From assembly GCA_050084515.1 (NCBI GenBank), contig CM114271.1, positions 24,924,001-24,988,000 on the forward strand: a DNA stretch of 64,000 nt, in the 5' to 3' direction. The DNA is from Blasia pusilla (Eukaryota). The stretch's first letter is position 1. Each line of letters begins with the position of its first letter. Positions 13,831-26,632 of the stretch are shown piece by piece. The notes beneath the pieces were generated by a model. It was not told the DNA's origin, ran no database searches, and was given only the letters and a program-made list of their open reading frames with translations. The position numbers and the translations under genes were made by a program.

Positions 13831-14262
13831 AGCGTCTTATAGACCTGGTTGGCAGTCTGGGGATGGACGTATGAGCGAGGTTCCTGTGAGATTTATTTAT
13901 TGGGCTCAACCAGGAGGGTCTTCCCCAACAGTGTTAGCATATGTCGTTGGTTTTAGTGGAGAAGTCACTTGGCCAGGAGACTTTTTGGAGGGTACCATTT
14001 CTGCTATGGATTCTCCTGTGCATGAGGAGGTAGAGGAGGTCCCTAGTATTGCAGCAATGGTATCCTCATCGTTGGATGTGCCACTTTGGAGTTCAGGCGG
14101 TGCACTACGGCAAGAGGCTGGTCGCCTAGTGCAGGAGGCTTGGTGTGAGGGTGTTATACCTCACGAGGAAGAGGAGGCCCCACGGCGGACTTTTACTTCT
14201 GGTCCACTTGGGTTATCCCCTTTGGATACTACACCATTGTATGGCAGTATCCACCGGAGGGC

Positions 14263-14620
14263 ATTTGTGTGTTAGATCTCTTTGGTGGGATTAGCATTGG
14301 TTTGGTTGCAGTGTTGCAGGTCGGTATTCCTGTGCGGAGATAAGTGTATGTGGAGCGATATGAGACGGCCCAGAGAGTCTCATCCTGACATATTGGTTAG
14401 TTGATGCGGAGATATCATGAGTTGTTGCCGCCATCAGCTATTCGTGGGTACCAGTGTGCTTTGCCGTCACACATTGCATTGTTGGGGGCGCAAGACCTTG
14501 AGAGGGTTGGTCCTGTGGATTTGGTGATTGCTGGATGGCCATGTCAGGGTCATACACGTGCTGGTCGTGGTGAGGGATTACACGACCCTAGGTCTCGATT
14601 GTTTTGGGAGATGTTACGGG
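14263..14620 (+). pseudogene. Copy A DNMT3-like C5 cytosine methyltransferase, N-terminal half (motifs I-V)
   Basis: ICVLDLFGGISIG (motif I), YVE (motif II) and GPVDLVIAGWPCQG (catalytic motif IV); truncated at TTACGGG. Confidence 0.9.
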
Positions 14621-17600
14621 AGGTGAGAAACGACGCTTGACACAGTTCCTACGTGCTTATAGGAGTTTTTTTGCCTTTAGCATGAAGGATTTGGGTGCTC
14701 TGGTTGGACCCGGTATACGGATTGATTTGGCTAGTGATATGCCAATCTTCCGTCGTCCCTACCGATATAGTCATATGGAGAGGCACCTGATTCAGAGTAG
14801 GACGTTGGACCTTTTGGAGGCTGGATTAGTAGAGATGTTGCATGGAGAGTATGCATCGACGCCCTTTGTCATGCTCTGCTAAAAGGATATGCATGGCAAC
14901 TACACGGATAGGCGGATGTGTGGAGATTACCGTCCTATCAATCGGCAAACCAAGGCCAATAGGTATGCCATGCCTACACTTGAGGAGATCTTTGATGTGG
15001 TGGGACAGGCAAAGATTTTCAATACTTTGGATCTTCGGGCAGGATACCATCAATTGCCGATTCGGAAGAGTGACAAGGCCAAGACAACATTTTGGGGTGT
15101 CAACTCTCATGGTAAGGATTGTTTGTACCAGTGGAAATTCTTACCCTTTGGGTTGAAGAATGCACATGCTGAGTTTCAGAGAGTGATGGACAGGATCCTA
15201 GCAGGATTGGATTTTGTTCGGTGTTACATTGATGATATCTTGGTGTTCAGTAACACGGTGGAGGAGCATCAGATACATTTGCAGATGGTGTTTGAGCGGT
15301 TGAAAGCTCATGGTCTACGTTTGTATCCAGGAAAGTGTAAGTTCTTCCATGAGGATGTTGAGTACTTGGGTCATGTGATCTATCCAGGTGGTTTGGGAGT
15401 TCAGCAAGCAAAGATGGAGGCTATTGCACTTATTCCGCGTCCGGTAGATGTGAGTAGAGTTCGAGCATTCATGGGATTGGCGAACTACTATCGGAGGTAT
15501 GTGAAGGGATTTAGTGCTATGGCAAAGCCTTTGAACCAATTGCTGAAATCAGATCAAGAGTGGCACTTTGGGAGATGATCGGAGAGAGAGCTTTTGTGGA
15601 GCTTAAGGCCCAGTTGGTGGCGGCGCCTATCTTGAGGAGACCTATCGAGGGCGCCCATTTCAGATTACACACGATTGGAGTAGGTTGGGACTTGGAGCGG
15701 TGTTGACACAACATGATGATGAGCACATGGAGTTTGTGGTGGCCTATGCTAGTCGTTCGAATAATGCAATGGAGTCGCGCTATAGTTCATATGAGGGAGA
15801 GTGCTTGGCAAGAGTGTGTCTTTGTGGCACACTTTAGGTGTTACTTGTTTGGCACACGATTTACCCTTGTTACTAATCACCCGGCCGCTCAAGTGGTTGA
15901 TGGAGTCGGACAAGCTTACAGGGAAGCTTGCACGGTGGGCTCTTATCTTACAAGAGTATGACTTCAGGTGGTACATAGACCTGGAGTTGCCAACCTTGAT
16001 CTTTGATGGGTTGAGTAGGAACCCATGTACTAGCCAAGAGGATACAACTGGGGCTAGATGGCATGGCGAGGTTGATGAGGAGATGGTGCTAGGTTGGCAT
16101 GCATCCGCCTTTTTATGTTGGTTAGGGGTGGACTCTAGTATGGAGGACCACATGATATCTTACTCTAGTCGAGGGTAGATGGCACCTTGAGATCCTAAGG
16201 TTGGAGATGGTGGTACGGATCAGCGTGATATTCATGATGATGCATTGGTGTTGGAGTTCCTACGGACCAGTAGGGTGCCAGGCATAGTGAGTGCCAAGGA
16301 GCGAGACCGTGTTCTTCAACGTGCTAAGAGGTATCGATTGGAGGGAACACATATTCTCCGTGTGTGGGAGGATGGTAGAGTACGAGTAGTGCCGCATTTG
16401 GCTCATAGAGAGCGCATTGTGCGACATGCCCATGAGGAGTTGGGACATTTTGGGGTAAAGCGTACGTATAGCTTACTCCTTGGTCAGTATTGGTGGCGTG
16501 GCATGCATACTCAAGTGCAGCAGTTGGTGTCATGTTGTATGGTTTGTGACCGGGTGAGGGCATCATTCAATGCCTCTACACCACAGTTACACCCTTGCAT
16601 ATTATGGGGTTGGAGTTCTTGTTGGAGTGTGAACTTTCGGGACCGTTACCGTTGGTATGCGACATCATCGATATGTGTTGGTGATGGTGGAGCACTTCTC
16701 CAAGTGGATTGAGTTGGTGGCATTACCGGACAAGGCAAGTGAGGGAACGGCGTATGCGTTTCTTGATAGAGTGCTTAGTCATTTTGGTGCACCAGCTGAA
16801 GTCTTTGACCGACCGAGTCTGAGTTTGGGGTGAGTTTCAGGTCTTGTGTGACAAGGCGTTGATTGATCATCGGACCACATCTCGAGATCATCTAGAGGCG
16901 GATGGTTTGGCTGGCGTGTGGTTCAAGACGGTGAAGAGGGCATTGCGCAAGTATGGCCTACAGAAGGGGCATCTTGGAGACTGGGATATTGAGTTGCCAT
17001 GGTTAGCCATGGGGTATAGGTTCAGTCGCCAAGCATCCTTGGCTTCCTTCTCACCTTATTTTTTGTTATACAGCCGAGATCCAGACTTGCCAACAGCAAT
17101 TCGTCGCGAGTCTAGTGAGGTGGTGAACCTTGATGACCCAGAGATGTGGATGAGAGTGTGTTCTCAGCGGGCAGAGCTCTTTCGGAGAGTTATGCCAACA
17201 GCCTTTGAGAATCTTGCCATTGCTCAACACACGGATACGTTGCGGTATGCAACCATTTGGGATGGAGGTTATCGACCATCGATTCGTAGGTTCCATGTGG
17301 GGGACTATGTCTATTTGCAGCAGATTGCACCGACAATGTTGGATGTGACGGTAGGCCACACTATTTTACGAGTGCGCAAGGTGTTAGCTTCTGGAGTTCT
17401 AATGTTGGAGGGTCGTGATGGAGTTGTTTGGAAGGACCATGTGTGTAATTCTGCGCCATGTCATCTTCCAAATGTGGATGGTACTGTTGACCCAAGCTTA
17501 GCCATGATACGTGCTAGCTTGAGGTGCATGTTGTGGGTGCTTTGTGTAACGCGGCCCGTATGTTGGTGTGTGATCGGTGTTCTAGGGGTTGGCACATGAT

Positions 17601-17663
17601 GTGTTTGACTCCACGTATGGATGTTGTTCCTATTGGAAGGTGGGTTTGTCCTCGATGTACTTA
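14621..17663 (+). pseudogene. Copy A reverse transcriptase, RNase H, integrase and C-terminal PHD finger
   Basis: RMCGDYRPIN, LDLRAGYHQ, LPFGLKNA, YIDD; EFVVAYAS; HAHEELGHFG...CMVC; frameshifted PHD at the end. Confidence 0.93.
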
Positions 17664-17779
17664 GGAGAGGTAGATGGGGCAACCTAGCACTCGGCCTTCT
17701 GATTCGGGCACCCAAGAAGGTGTATAGCATGTAGTAGATGTATAGGGCTACCTGGGAGTTAGAGGGACCTAACCGCCAG

Positions 17780-17791
17780 TTAGGGGGGCGA
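17780..17791 (+). promoter_or_regulatory. Putative polypurine tract (TTAGGGGGGCGA) immediately before repeat B1
   Basis: Purine-rich run directly upstream of B. The same position is seen in copies B and C and in the older relative. Confidence 0.65.
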
Positions 17792-18373
17792 GTTGTGGTA
17801 CACTTGTGTTTTTGGATGCTCTTGTCTTTGTTATGTATGTATGTGAGTATGGTATGTCAGCGATATATATTGTATGACGATGTGGATTCGCACGACAACT
17901 GTCATGACAATACGGATTAGGTCGTAGAGTATAGAGTGCTAGTAGAGGCCATACCTTATGTAGGGTCGTAGTGTCTAGGTAGAGATGCGATTTCATACAT
18001 AGGGTTGGGGGTTACTAAGTTGAGGGTGACTTTTCCAGTATGGCCCGCTCTTAGGTTGGAGGATATAAGGTGGAGTGCACTCAAAGAACTGTTAGTTCTT
18101 TGAGTTGAGCCTGTTGCGTTGGGAGTTAGCCTTGGTAGTGAGTAGAGCTCTTGGCTATGGTATTTCCCGCAAGCTTCGACCTAGATTCTCCCATCGTGGA
18201 GTGGGTTTGGCTCGATTGTATATGATTCTATACGTGTTTTATGACAGTAGGTCTTTCACGGATTTCAGTTGTGGTACACTTGTGTTTGTGGATGCTCTTG
18301 TCTATGTTATGTATGTATGTGAGTATGGTATGTCAGCGATGTATGTTGTATGACAATGTGGATTCGCACGACA
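17792..18373 (+). repeat. 3' terminal array B1 (17792-17897) - AC spacer - A2 (17900-18267) - B2 (18268-18373)
   Basis: Two 106-bp B copies flank a 368-bp A copy. Junctions read CACGACA-AC-TGTCATG and GATTTCA|GTTGTGG. Confidence 0.95.
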
Positions 18374-18377
18374 AGCA

Positions 18378-21300
18378 TGCGTCATTGGAGTGGTAAGTTG
18401 AAAGGTTAAGATATCACTGAAGAATTTTGAGGAGATGATGTGACTACTCCTATAGAATTCAGAGCATTTATGATTACAAACTGGTGGTATTTGGCAAAAG
18501 TCTCCAACCATGAGTACTAATTTTCCACCAAAAGGTGTTAGAGATGATGAAGATGATATTTCATTTAAACTCATGCCCACAATTTGAAGTAACTTGGGTG
18601 TGAGCATTGAGCACTCATCTATAACTATAACTTGAGATGTCTTAAGTTTCAGAAAATTTTCAGACGCAACATGCATACATGGAAGATCACATTTTATTGG
18701 TATTGCAAATGCTGAATGGGTAGTGGTAGCTTCACGGTGAAGTCTAACAGCAGCAATATCTGTTGTCGCAATTAAAATTGGAGATATCTAATTGTACTTC
18801 CAGTTACTATACATGAATGAAATAAAAAATGTTTTCCCACATCCAGGTGGTCCTTTGAGTAGTACTAGACCATATTTCATGTCTTTGAAGAGATTGAAAA
18901 GTTCGGATAGTTCGTTGTTCAGTTCAACTAGGTCAAGTGCAGTAGGATATGCTATGTCTAATGTTGGTTCATCGGCTTTGGAGGAGATTGATCACACATA
19001 AGTACTGCAATATTAACCTGTAGTTCAAGTTGTATAAGATCATGGACTTTTTCAAGGATCTCTCCTACATGGACCTGACTCCAAAGATTTTTTAATGTAT
19101 GTGCTTTAACTAGTGTGTAAACATCCTCAATGGATTTAATTATTTGCCTGAAAATACATTCATGGATATAAGTCCACTTGATTGAAGTTGAGGAAAATAT
19201 AGTACTTTCAGAACCGAACGAAACACTGGAAAGAAGAACTACATAAAAGAACTAATTGGTTTGGTGAAGTGGATGAAATTCAGTAAACCTAACTACACAA
19301 GTAGTTATTGAGACTATATTACCTAAGTTGTCTAAGCCGATGTAAGGTGAAATCTGTTTCGGATAATTTTTTAGCAACTGATTATTGCTCTAGTAGTCTA
19401 TGAAGGTCAGATCCTCAAAGACTTGTGGTCTATTGCAATGTAGGACAACTAGATGAATACATGGAACCAAAGCATTTTTATACAAACTCCTTTTATGGGG
19501 AGGATTACAGTCAATGTATGTGACAAATTGAGATCTATAGATTATGGGTATCTGCATGGATGTTATTGCACCTTTTGTGGAAGACACGGACCGTTGAGGA
19601 CCATTCCATAAATCAACTTTAGTTTTATCTCATCTATTCCCCCAAGTTCTAGGCATTTGGCAGGATTCAGTATCAATATCCAAGGATCCCTTGGGCTCAA
19701 ATTTAAGGACATACTTTAGTAAATAAAAGCTCTAGTCAGTATTGGTGACATGATGTATGTTCATATGAGCTCCCCAGAGAAGTAATATGAGTGGATGGTA
19801 TGCAATCACATTGCGATGTTGAGGTGGTGACCTATAGTAATTCCACTTCATTGTCAAAGGATCAATGAGGGGAACTAGTTCAAGGTTAATAGGTGATGGA
19901 AATCCAAGACGACAATGTGACTTTGCTTAGTTTTTACGTACAACACAAACACCATCTTTGCACCTATGTAAAAAAAAAAATCAATACATATGTTAGCAAA
20001 GTATCAAATGTCTTCTTTTGAGACTGTGAAAAATTGTGGCGTCGCATATTAATAGTTTCTGTGGGTATGTATGTACATATCTCTGATGTTACTTGGTCTA
20101 CATCTGAAGGGTCCAGCCATAAAATCATGTGACAATGAAGACTATCCCTACCCTGCAACTCATAACGTAGCAAGCAATTAACCACCCTCCCAAGTAAGTG
20201 TGGTCCATTGAAAATAAATTGGTTGAGGAAAGAATTCGACCTAGTGTGAAACAATTGTGCACATTCATCAAGGGCATCTCGCCTTGTGAAAATGGGGTTT
20301 AAGTTCTTGAGCAAGGTTTCCATATTTGTGATCTCAGGCCACCGTGTTTCTGAGATTTCATTTAGGATTTCATTAGAGGTCAAAGTGAGGAAAAAGTGTG
20401 GCATCCCCCCATTTATGGACCATAGCTTTTAAGTCTTTCAAATGCCTTCTATGCCAAGCTGGGCTACTTGGTAATTGGGAACTAATGGAGTATTTAGAGA
20501 GATGAGCATACAAATCTCCTTCACGTACATCAAGTTTCTGTTTTCTTAGGTTGTCTAATTCTCTGTTTAGTATGAATGTCCTACTATTTGATCATAGAGA
20601 AATGGATTGACAAAGCTGGTGCATTAATAAGGCATAAGGTGGATACAAGGAGAATTGACTGAATAACCGTTTAGAACAATTGCGCAAATACTCGACAAAC
20701 ATAGAGTGGCCAGTGAAATAACCCCGAAGGTAAGGAAAAAAATTTGAAAGAGTCATGTTTCTATAGTAAGAAGTGGGTCTAGAGAATTTCCTTTGTTATG
20801 GGTAAGTAAACTTTCACGTACGCATGCATATGCACGCAATGTTATACTACCATTGTCAAAGATGTCAGTGGATCTACGCCTCCTAGCAGGTAATGTATAG
20901 GCTACATCTTGCAGAATATTGAGTTCAGGTTGGTAAGGATCACAACTCATACTAAAGGTTACTTGACCTTTTTCTTGAGATTGTTTTATTATGCTATTGA
21001 TTGATGTAGAAGGAAGTATGACAAGGCCAGTGGAAGGATTAGGTAGCTCTACTAAGGCTTTGTAGTGTTTGTATAAGCTATTTATTTGAAGATATATTCA
21101 TTACAAACATATCCTTCACATTTTTTGAAAGTGAACTTCCACTTGGGGATAGAGGATTGCTACAATTAAACGCGACAAGAGGAGAGTCTAGAACAGATGT
21201 CATATTGAAAAAGCCTTTATGAAACCCATTGAACTTCTCCTCAATGCTTATCATGGAGTCTACTATAGATGAAAGTTGCAGTTCAAGGGGATTAACACTT

Positions 21301-21800
21301 AGGATGTTTCTAATGTTTGAAGGTGTCATATATACATTGAAGTTAGTTTATGGCTGGTTTGAGGTACATAGATTACAAATGTGGAAGTGCTCTCGTTTTG
21401 GTATAATATAATCTTTTAGGAATCCATTACATAGTGAATAGGGTGGATATGTTGATGAGTGCACTACACACATCTTTGTTCGTTGTTTACTGTAGAGAAC
21501 ATTTCCACAATACCCACAACATTGCATGTCTCTAAATGTAGAGGAGTATATGTTCTTCCATTTAAGTAGGTAGCTATCTGCAAATGACCAACCATTACAA
21601 TAGGGTTGGCAATGTTGTTTTCTACGGTGGGAAAAATTTTTGGCTGATCTTTCTTTGTATTGCTAAACGATTCTTATTCAATGTATATGACTGCCTTCTT
21701 GAGGTTTTGACCATGTTGCTCAGGTTCAATGAGACCAAGCAATTTAACTTTAGTAAAGAAGTAGTAAAACACAAAAGGTAGTAAAGGTTTATTCTGAATT
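18378..21800 (-). pseudogene. Helitron-1 Rep (HUH) and helicase N-terminal part; element ends not determined
   Basis: FFLTLT, YELQGRDSLHCHMILW, YLLKYVLK, Walker A GPPGCGKT, VIVIDECSML, GDFCQIPPV; N-terminal CCGYCG. Confidence 0.9.
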
Positions 21801-24800
21801 CCCTGGTTTGGTCGACAGATGGAATAGTTTTGAGATAGCAGTAATTGAACTGCACATTCAGAGGATGTGTTTGTACGCTCTGTGTCTAGAGGCTTTGTTA
21901 TTTAAAAGCTCATATTGGAACGCTCGTTCACTTTCATTAGCCATCTACACACTTTCTATCCGTCAGGTAGAACCACTCCTTGAACAATTTCTTCCCACAA
22001 TGATAGTAAGCAATTGCGTAGAGAAAATATATCACCGGAAAATGTTGGAACAATTCAGGCTCACTAAAATGCTGCCTCCAAGGGGAGGCAGCTGAACGAC
22101 TGGGAGAACTAGCGAAAAAGAATCAGAACAGGCCTCGGGACGATTAAGAGTTACCGAACATACAAATCAACATGTACCATTGGAATAAAAAATTTGTTCA
22201 TATAACGCAGGGACTAGATGGCTAACACAGAGGTTGAGATGAAAATTCCGGAACAAGTTCTGAGAACACGCGCTGCGCAGCTTCAAAGGAACCTACCAGT
22301 TTGAAGAAGGCACGAAAGAGATGATCCTACAATGTCATACTACAAAGGCTGGCTTCCTCTCCTCTTATACAGGCGCCTTCACAAACACTAGCATCGTGCC
22401 ATTGAGGCATACAAAGCATCCGTTGCATCTCTACAATGTTTACATAAGGCAAAAACACCCAGAATGCTCGGAAATGTGATAGTAACAATTTAACAAACCA
22501 CTCATCCACAATGGACCGCGTCGGATTTTCTTGCACTGAGTTTTCCTAGATAACTGCACATTTCAATCTATCCTTGGCAGCCGAGAGTAAGCCACGTTGG
22601 CTAATTAGGAAAATGCTAGCATGCGATGTATAAAGAATCTATAGCGTTTATCGCTACAGTTGAAGCATTATCTAGGTAAGGAACGAGAGATAAGAAAAAC
22701 ACCAGCAAAGGAAAACTTATGAAAATTGAGTAGGTCCGAGGGCCGATGGATGGGATACACGCGGCAAGAGTACTAGCAGAGGACGTTCAATGATTCGAAA
22801 ATATTTTAACATAAGCCAAGAATGCAGTACACAAAGTTGGAGCAAGGCAAGAAGCTATGAATGTGTTACCTATAATCAAATAATAAGTCTCAACACAAAC
22901 AGTTATCGAGCGGACGAATTTGAGGGTTTGGTAAAATTGCACAGGTAGTGTTGAAGAAATACACCAATACCAACCAAAGTACTAACCGAAAGAAAGAAAG
23001 AAGAGAACAAGCAGAAGTGCGTCGTCTACCCAACAATCAGTAGAGCAGACGGAGCACAAGCACAATATCGAAGAAACTAACAACACGAAGAAGAGCAAGA
23101 ACCGAGGTACTAAACAAACGATTACAAATGCAGAGGAAAGATTATATATCAGTACACCAAGTGCATCGTTTGCTCCAAGTAAAGAAGACCCAGCAGAAGC
23201 ACAACTCCGACGAAGGTAAGAGCACCAACAAAAGCAAAGAGTAAAATGTAGTGACTGCAAATGGAGATGGAAAAGCAACAAGCGTGCTTTGCGCGTATCG
23301 ACAATGCAAAGAGACTGTGCCGAGAATGTTCCGGGCTATGGTAATAGTAGCTTGCAACATGTCGACTTGCCATTACAGGAACAAAGTCAGAGTACGTAGG
23401 GTAGGTGTGATCGGACGGAGTCACACGATTGAGGCCTTCACTAGGAGGAAACAAGCTCAATCATTGCTAGATATCTAACAAATTCAGATTTGATCACTGT
23501 TGGAAATCAATCAGATTCAGCTTTGATCAATCAGGAGGGCATCACGACCGGAACGAGGATTCAAAATCAGAAAGTAAATAATAAAAAATTGGCAGATATC
23601 GAGAATAAACGACGGAAGAACTCGGAACAAAATCCTTGTATAGAAAAAAACACTCGAAGGTCCTTGCAGAAAAATCCACCTTAACGATGCAAAACTTGGA
23701 ACGACGGCAAAACTCAGATCAAAAACTCTGTACAAAAAAAACACTCGAAAGCTCTATACATGGTAGCGATGCAAAACTTGGAAACAACGGTAGTAGTCAG
23801 AGAAAAAATAAACGTATCTTCGTGTGACACGTAAGCAAAATGTCGACGTGGCTACTCTTGCTAATGAGGGGAAAGAAATGGGATGTGGCGCACTCCCAAC
23901 ACGGGATATAATTTCGCACGTACTTGTAAAGGTTGCAAATAAAATTAAGTATTAAATTTTATAAAGAAATTTGTAAAAAATCGTTTTGAAGATGGAGATT
24001 ACTACTATAAGAAGGAAATATATTATAAAAACAAAAAAATTTATGAAGAAATATGAAATTTGATACTACCTCTTATGAAAATGAAAAATGTGAATTAAAT
24101 TCATAGATCATCTGTATTATTAATGGAGAATGCCCCTTTATTTTTCAAACTCATATCTTCTAAATACTTGGCACTCTCAACCAAAGGGATTCTCACCTTA
24201 TGAGCCACTAAGATCTCTCAAAATTAATTTTAAGCTGACATTTGGAAATTTTGAGAATTAATTATGTTAATCACATACGCTTATACCAACGTTTGATTGG
24301 AACATTTAATAGTTTCATGTATATTATAACTTAAAGAAGATCCGTTATGTATCGTGGAAAGAAGGGAATGTTTGTATCTCTTAGCTTCTATAGAGTTATA
24401 CGGAATAATTTTTTCATAACTTTTTAATGAAAAATAAATGATAAGATAAAATAATTTTGAAAATGGAGATGAATCTCTTATACGAAAAATTTAAATTTTT
24501 TTAATAAGATGTTGATACAGCCCATATGCATTTTTACTATGTCTCATTAGTTGTACTAAGTGAAGAATATTTGTGCAATGTATTTGGAGAGGATGGGCAT
24601 TAACACAGGCATATGAGAAATGACTTTATGGGAAGTAGGAAATATGCATGTGAAGATTGCCCCTATTTTACATCATATTTAGGAAGTCCACATTGACTTG
24701 CTATTCAAGGTTAGGGTTGGAGAAGTGGCGTGCATGCACCAATTACCAATTAAGAAGAGATTTTGGAAGGGAGGGAAAAGGTATATCTCAAGGGGAGGGA

Positions 24801-26632
24801 ACTCTCTCTTTGTAGGTAATCCAAGTCTTTCACCATGAGAGTGGGTTTGGTTTGACATAAGAGAATGAGAGAAAATATGTTAGATTTGATTTTTCAATTC
24901 ACATAGAGAGAATGAAAGGAACCTTATGAGAGATTTGTTGGGAGAGCTACTCTACTATTTGGGAGAGTTAGAGTAAGATCTTTATTATCTTCTCATTGAT
25001 TTTACAAGCTAGGGATCATTGTCCGTAGCGCCTATGAGTGCCCTTATAAGTCTAAGTTTGCTCTTTTTTAAATTAATTAAGTGGATTTTTCTAGTAGAAC
25101 CAATGCATGTAAAATCATTGCCAAAAACTTTGGTGCTTCCCCTTCAAAATTTTGAATTAGGTTTCCGAATCAAAAGTGTGTTGGGAATTCTTTATTAAAC
25201 TCCCCAAGTGTGATAGTCAATAAATAACCTTGCTATTGTCCAAAGCACTCTCCTCACAAAAGGTTTTGGGAACAGCGCTGCTATATACAAGGCGATTGGA
25301 ACTCTCTCCAAGCCCATCAAAACTCATATTACGAGCTACATTGAGGTCAATCAAAGTACCTCTTGGGTCCTCAAAAGTCTCCTCCCCCTACTAGACTCGC
25401 CCTTTGTTTTCATTTTCTTCATGTATCTCCTTTTTGGTCAGCCAATTTCTTTTCTGTCCATCCAAAGAAGATAGTAGGCCTCTCATGCTTCTCAACAATC
25501 CAGCATGAAAGTGTTGGTATGATAACTCTTGTTGTGGTAGAACCACTCCTTGCTCTCCTCCATGTGATCGAGGAGATTATGGCTGATGTTCATGTCGAGG
25601 ATATAAGCCCATACTTCCAAAGTTTGGTAGAATATGAACCCTTAGTAATTTTGACTACATCGATGGGGATATTTCATCTTGTGCTCTCGATCTCTTATCT
25701 CTTCTTGAAGACCCGTCCTCCACATTGCCATAATGAACCTCCATGACCTTCATCAACTCTCCGACTTTGAGCTTGACAAATACCTTGCTCACTAACTTCC
25801 TTTTGTTTGGCAAGAGGTCTTCATAACTTGCAAGGACATTGAACAAGTCCCAATCCTTCTTCTACTCTGTTCTCCCACTTTCCTTGAAAAATCACCAAAC
25901 GTACAATCCGACCACTTGAGCCGCAACTTCTTGAATTCTATGTTTATGACAGATTTTTGGTCACATTGTGGTGGTAATAAAAATCCCATCACCATACACT
26001 CAATGAGCTTATTATGTACATGATCTTAATCCTGGATTTTTATTATCTACACCTAATATTCTTGCATTTGCTCTTATATATGCAATAATACACTCTAGGC
26101 TTTTACGATTAGAGTGGTTTGGAGCTAATATCCACTTTCAAATCCTTTCCAAATAAGTCCATTTAACATTCACGTAGCATCCTCGACAATGATGTTGTAT
26201 GTCACATAGTTCAATTTTTTCACAATCATTCTTATGGCATAGATTTTTATGGCTATGCTAAAAGGAAGATTCTTAGGTCATGTTGTCAACTCCGACCAGT
26301 GCTATGTATCCATCATGATTTTTTTGTTCATGGTTGGGGCCACCATCTCTAAGGCAAGACAAAGCACACATCATCCCATAAAGCATTTCCCCAATCTCCA
26401 ACCCCAATATATGGCTCAATGTTGGATCCAAAATGGATGAAAGTGTTCCTAGCATGAAGATCGGTATAAAAAAATTCACGCTTGTGGACAATCTCCATGG
26501 TAACAAGCAGGGCAACTACAAGTTGTCAGACATTTGATGCTATCCATCGCTACACATTTGATCTTCTGCAACTCTGCTAAACTTACCCTCCATTCTTCAA
26601 TGTATGGCACACTCGTATCCAATTTTCAAGGT

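Larger units (their letters stand above)
9937..18373 (+). mobile_element. Ty3/Gypsy-type DNMT-PHD retrotransposon copy A, structure A-internal-B-A-B, with an internal deletion in the methyltransferase
   Basis: Termini TGTC...GACA; 4-bp TSD AACA/AGCA (one mismatch); Gag, PR, partial DNMT, RT, RH, INT and PHD remnants in Gypsy order. Confidence 0.95.

Noticed and set aside
17792-18373. Idea that B-A-B is a chance tandem insertion of a solo LTR beside another element
   Set aside because: The same layout occurs in copy B and in the older family, and the TSD flanks the whole unit, not the inner A-B.
24500-26630. Possible highly decayed retroelement or DNA-transposon remnant
   Set aside because: No diagnostic motif, terminus or TSD that I could verify.
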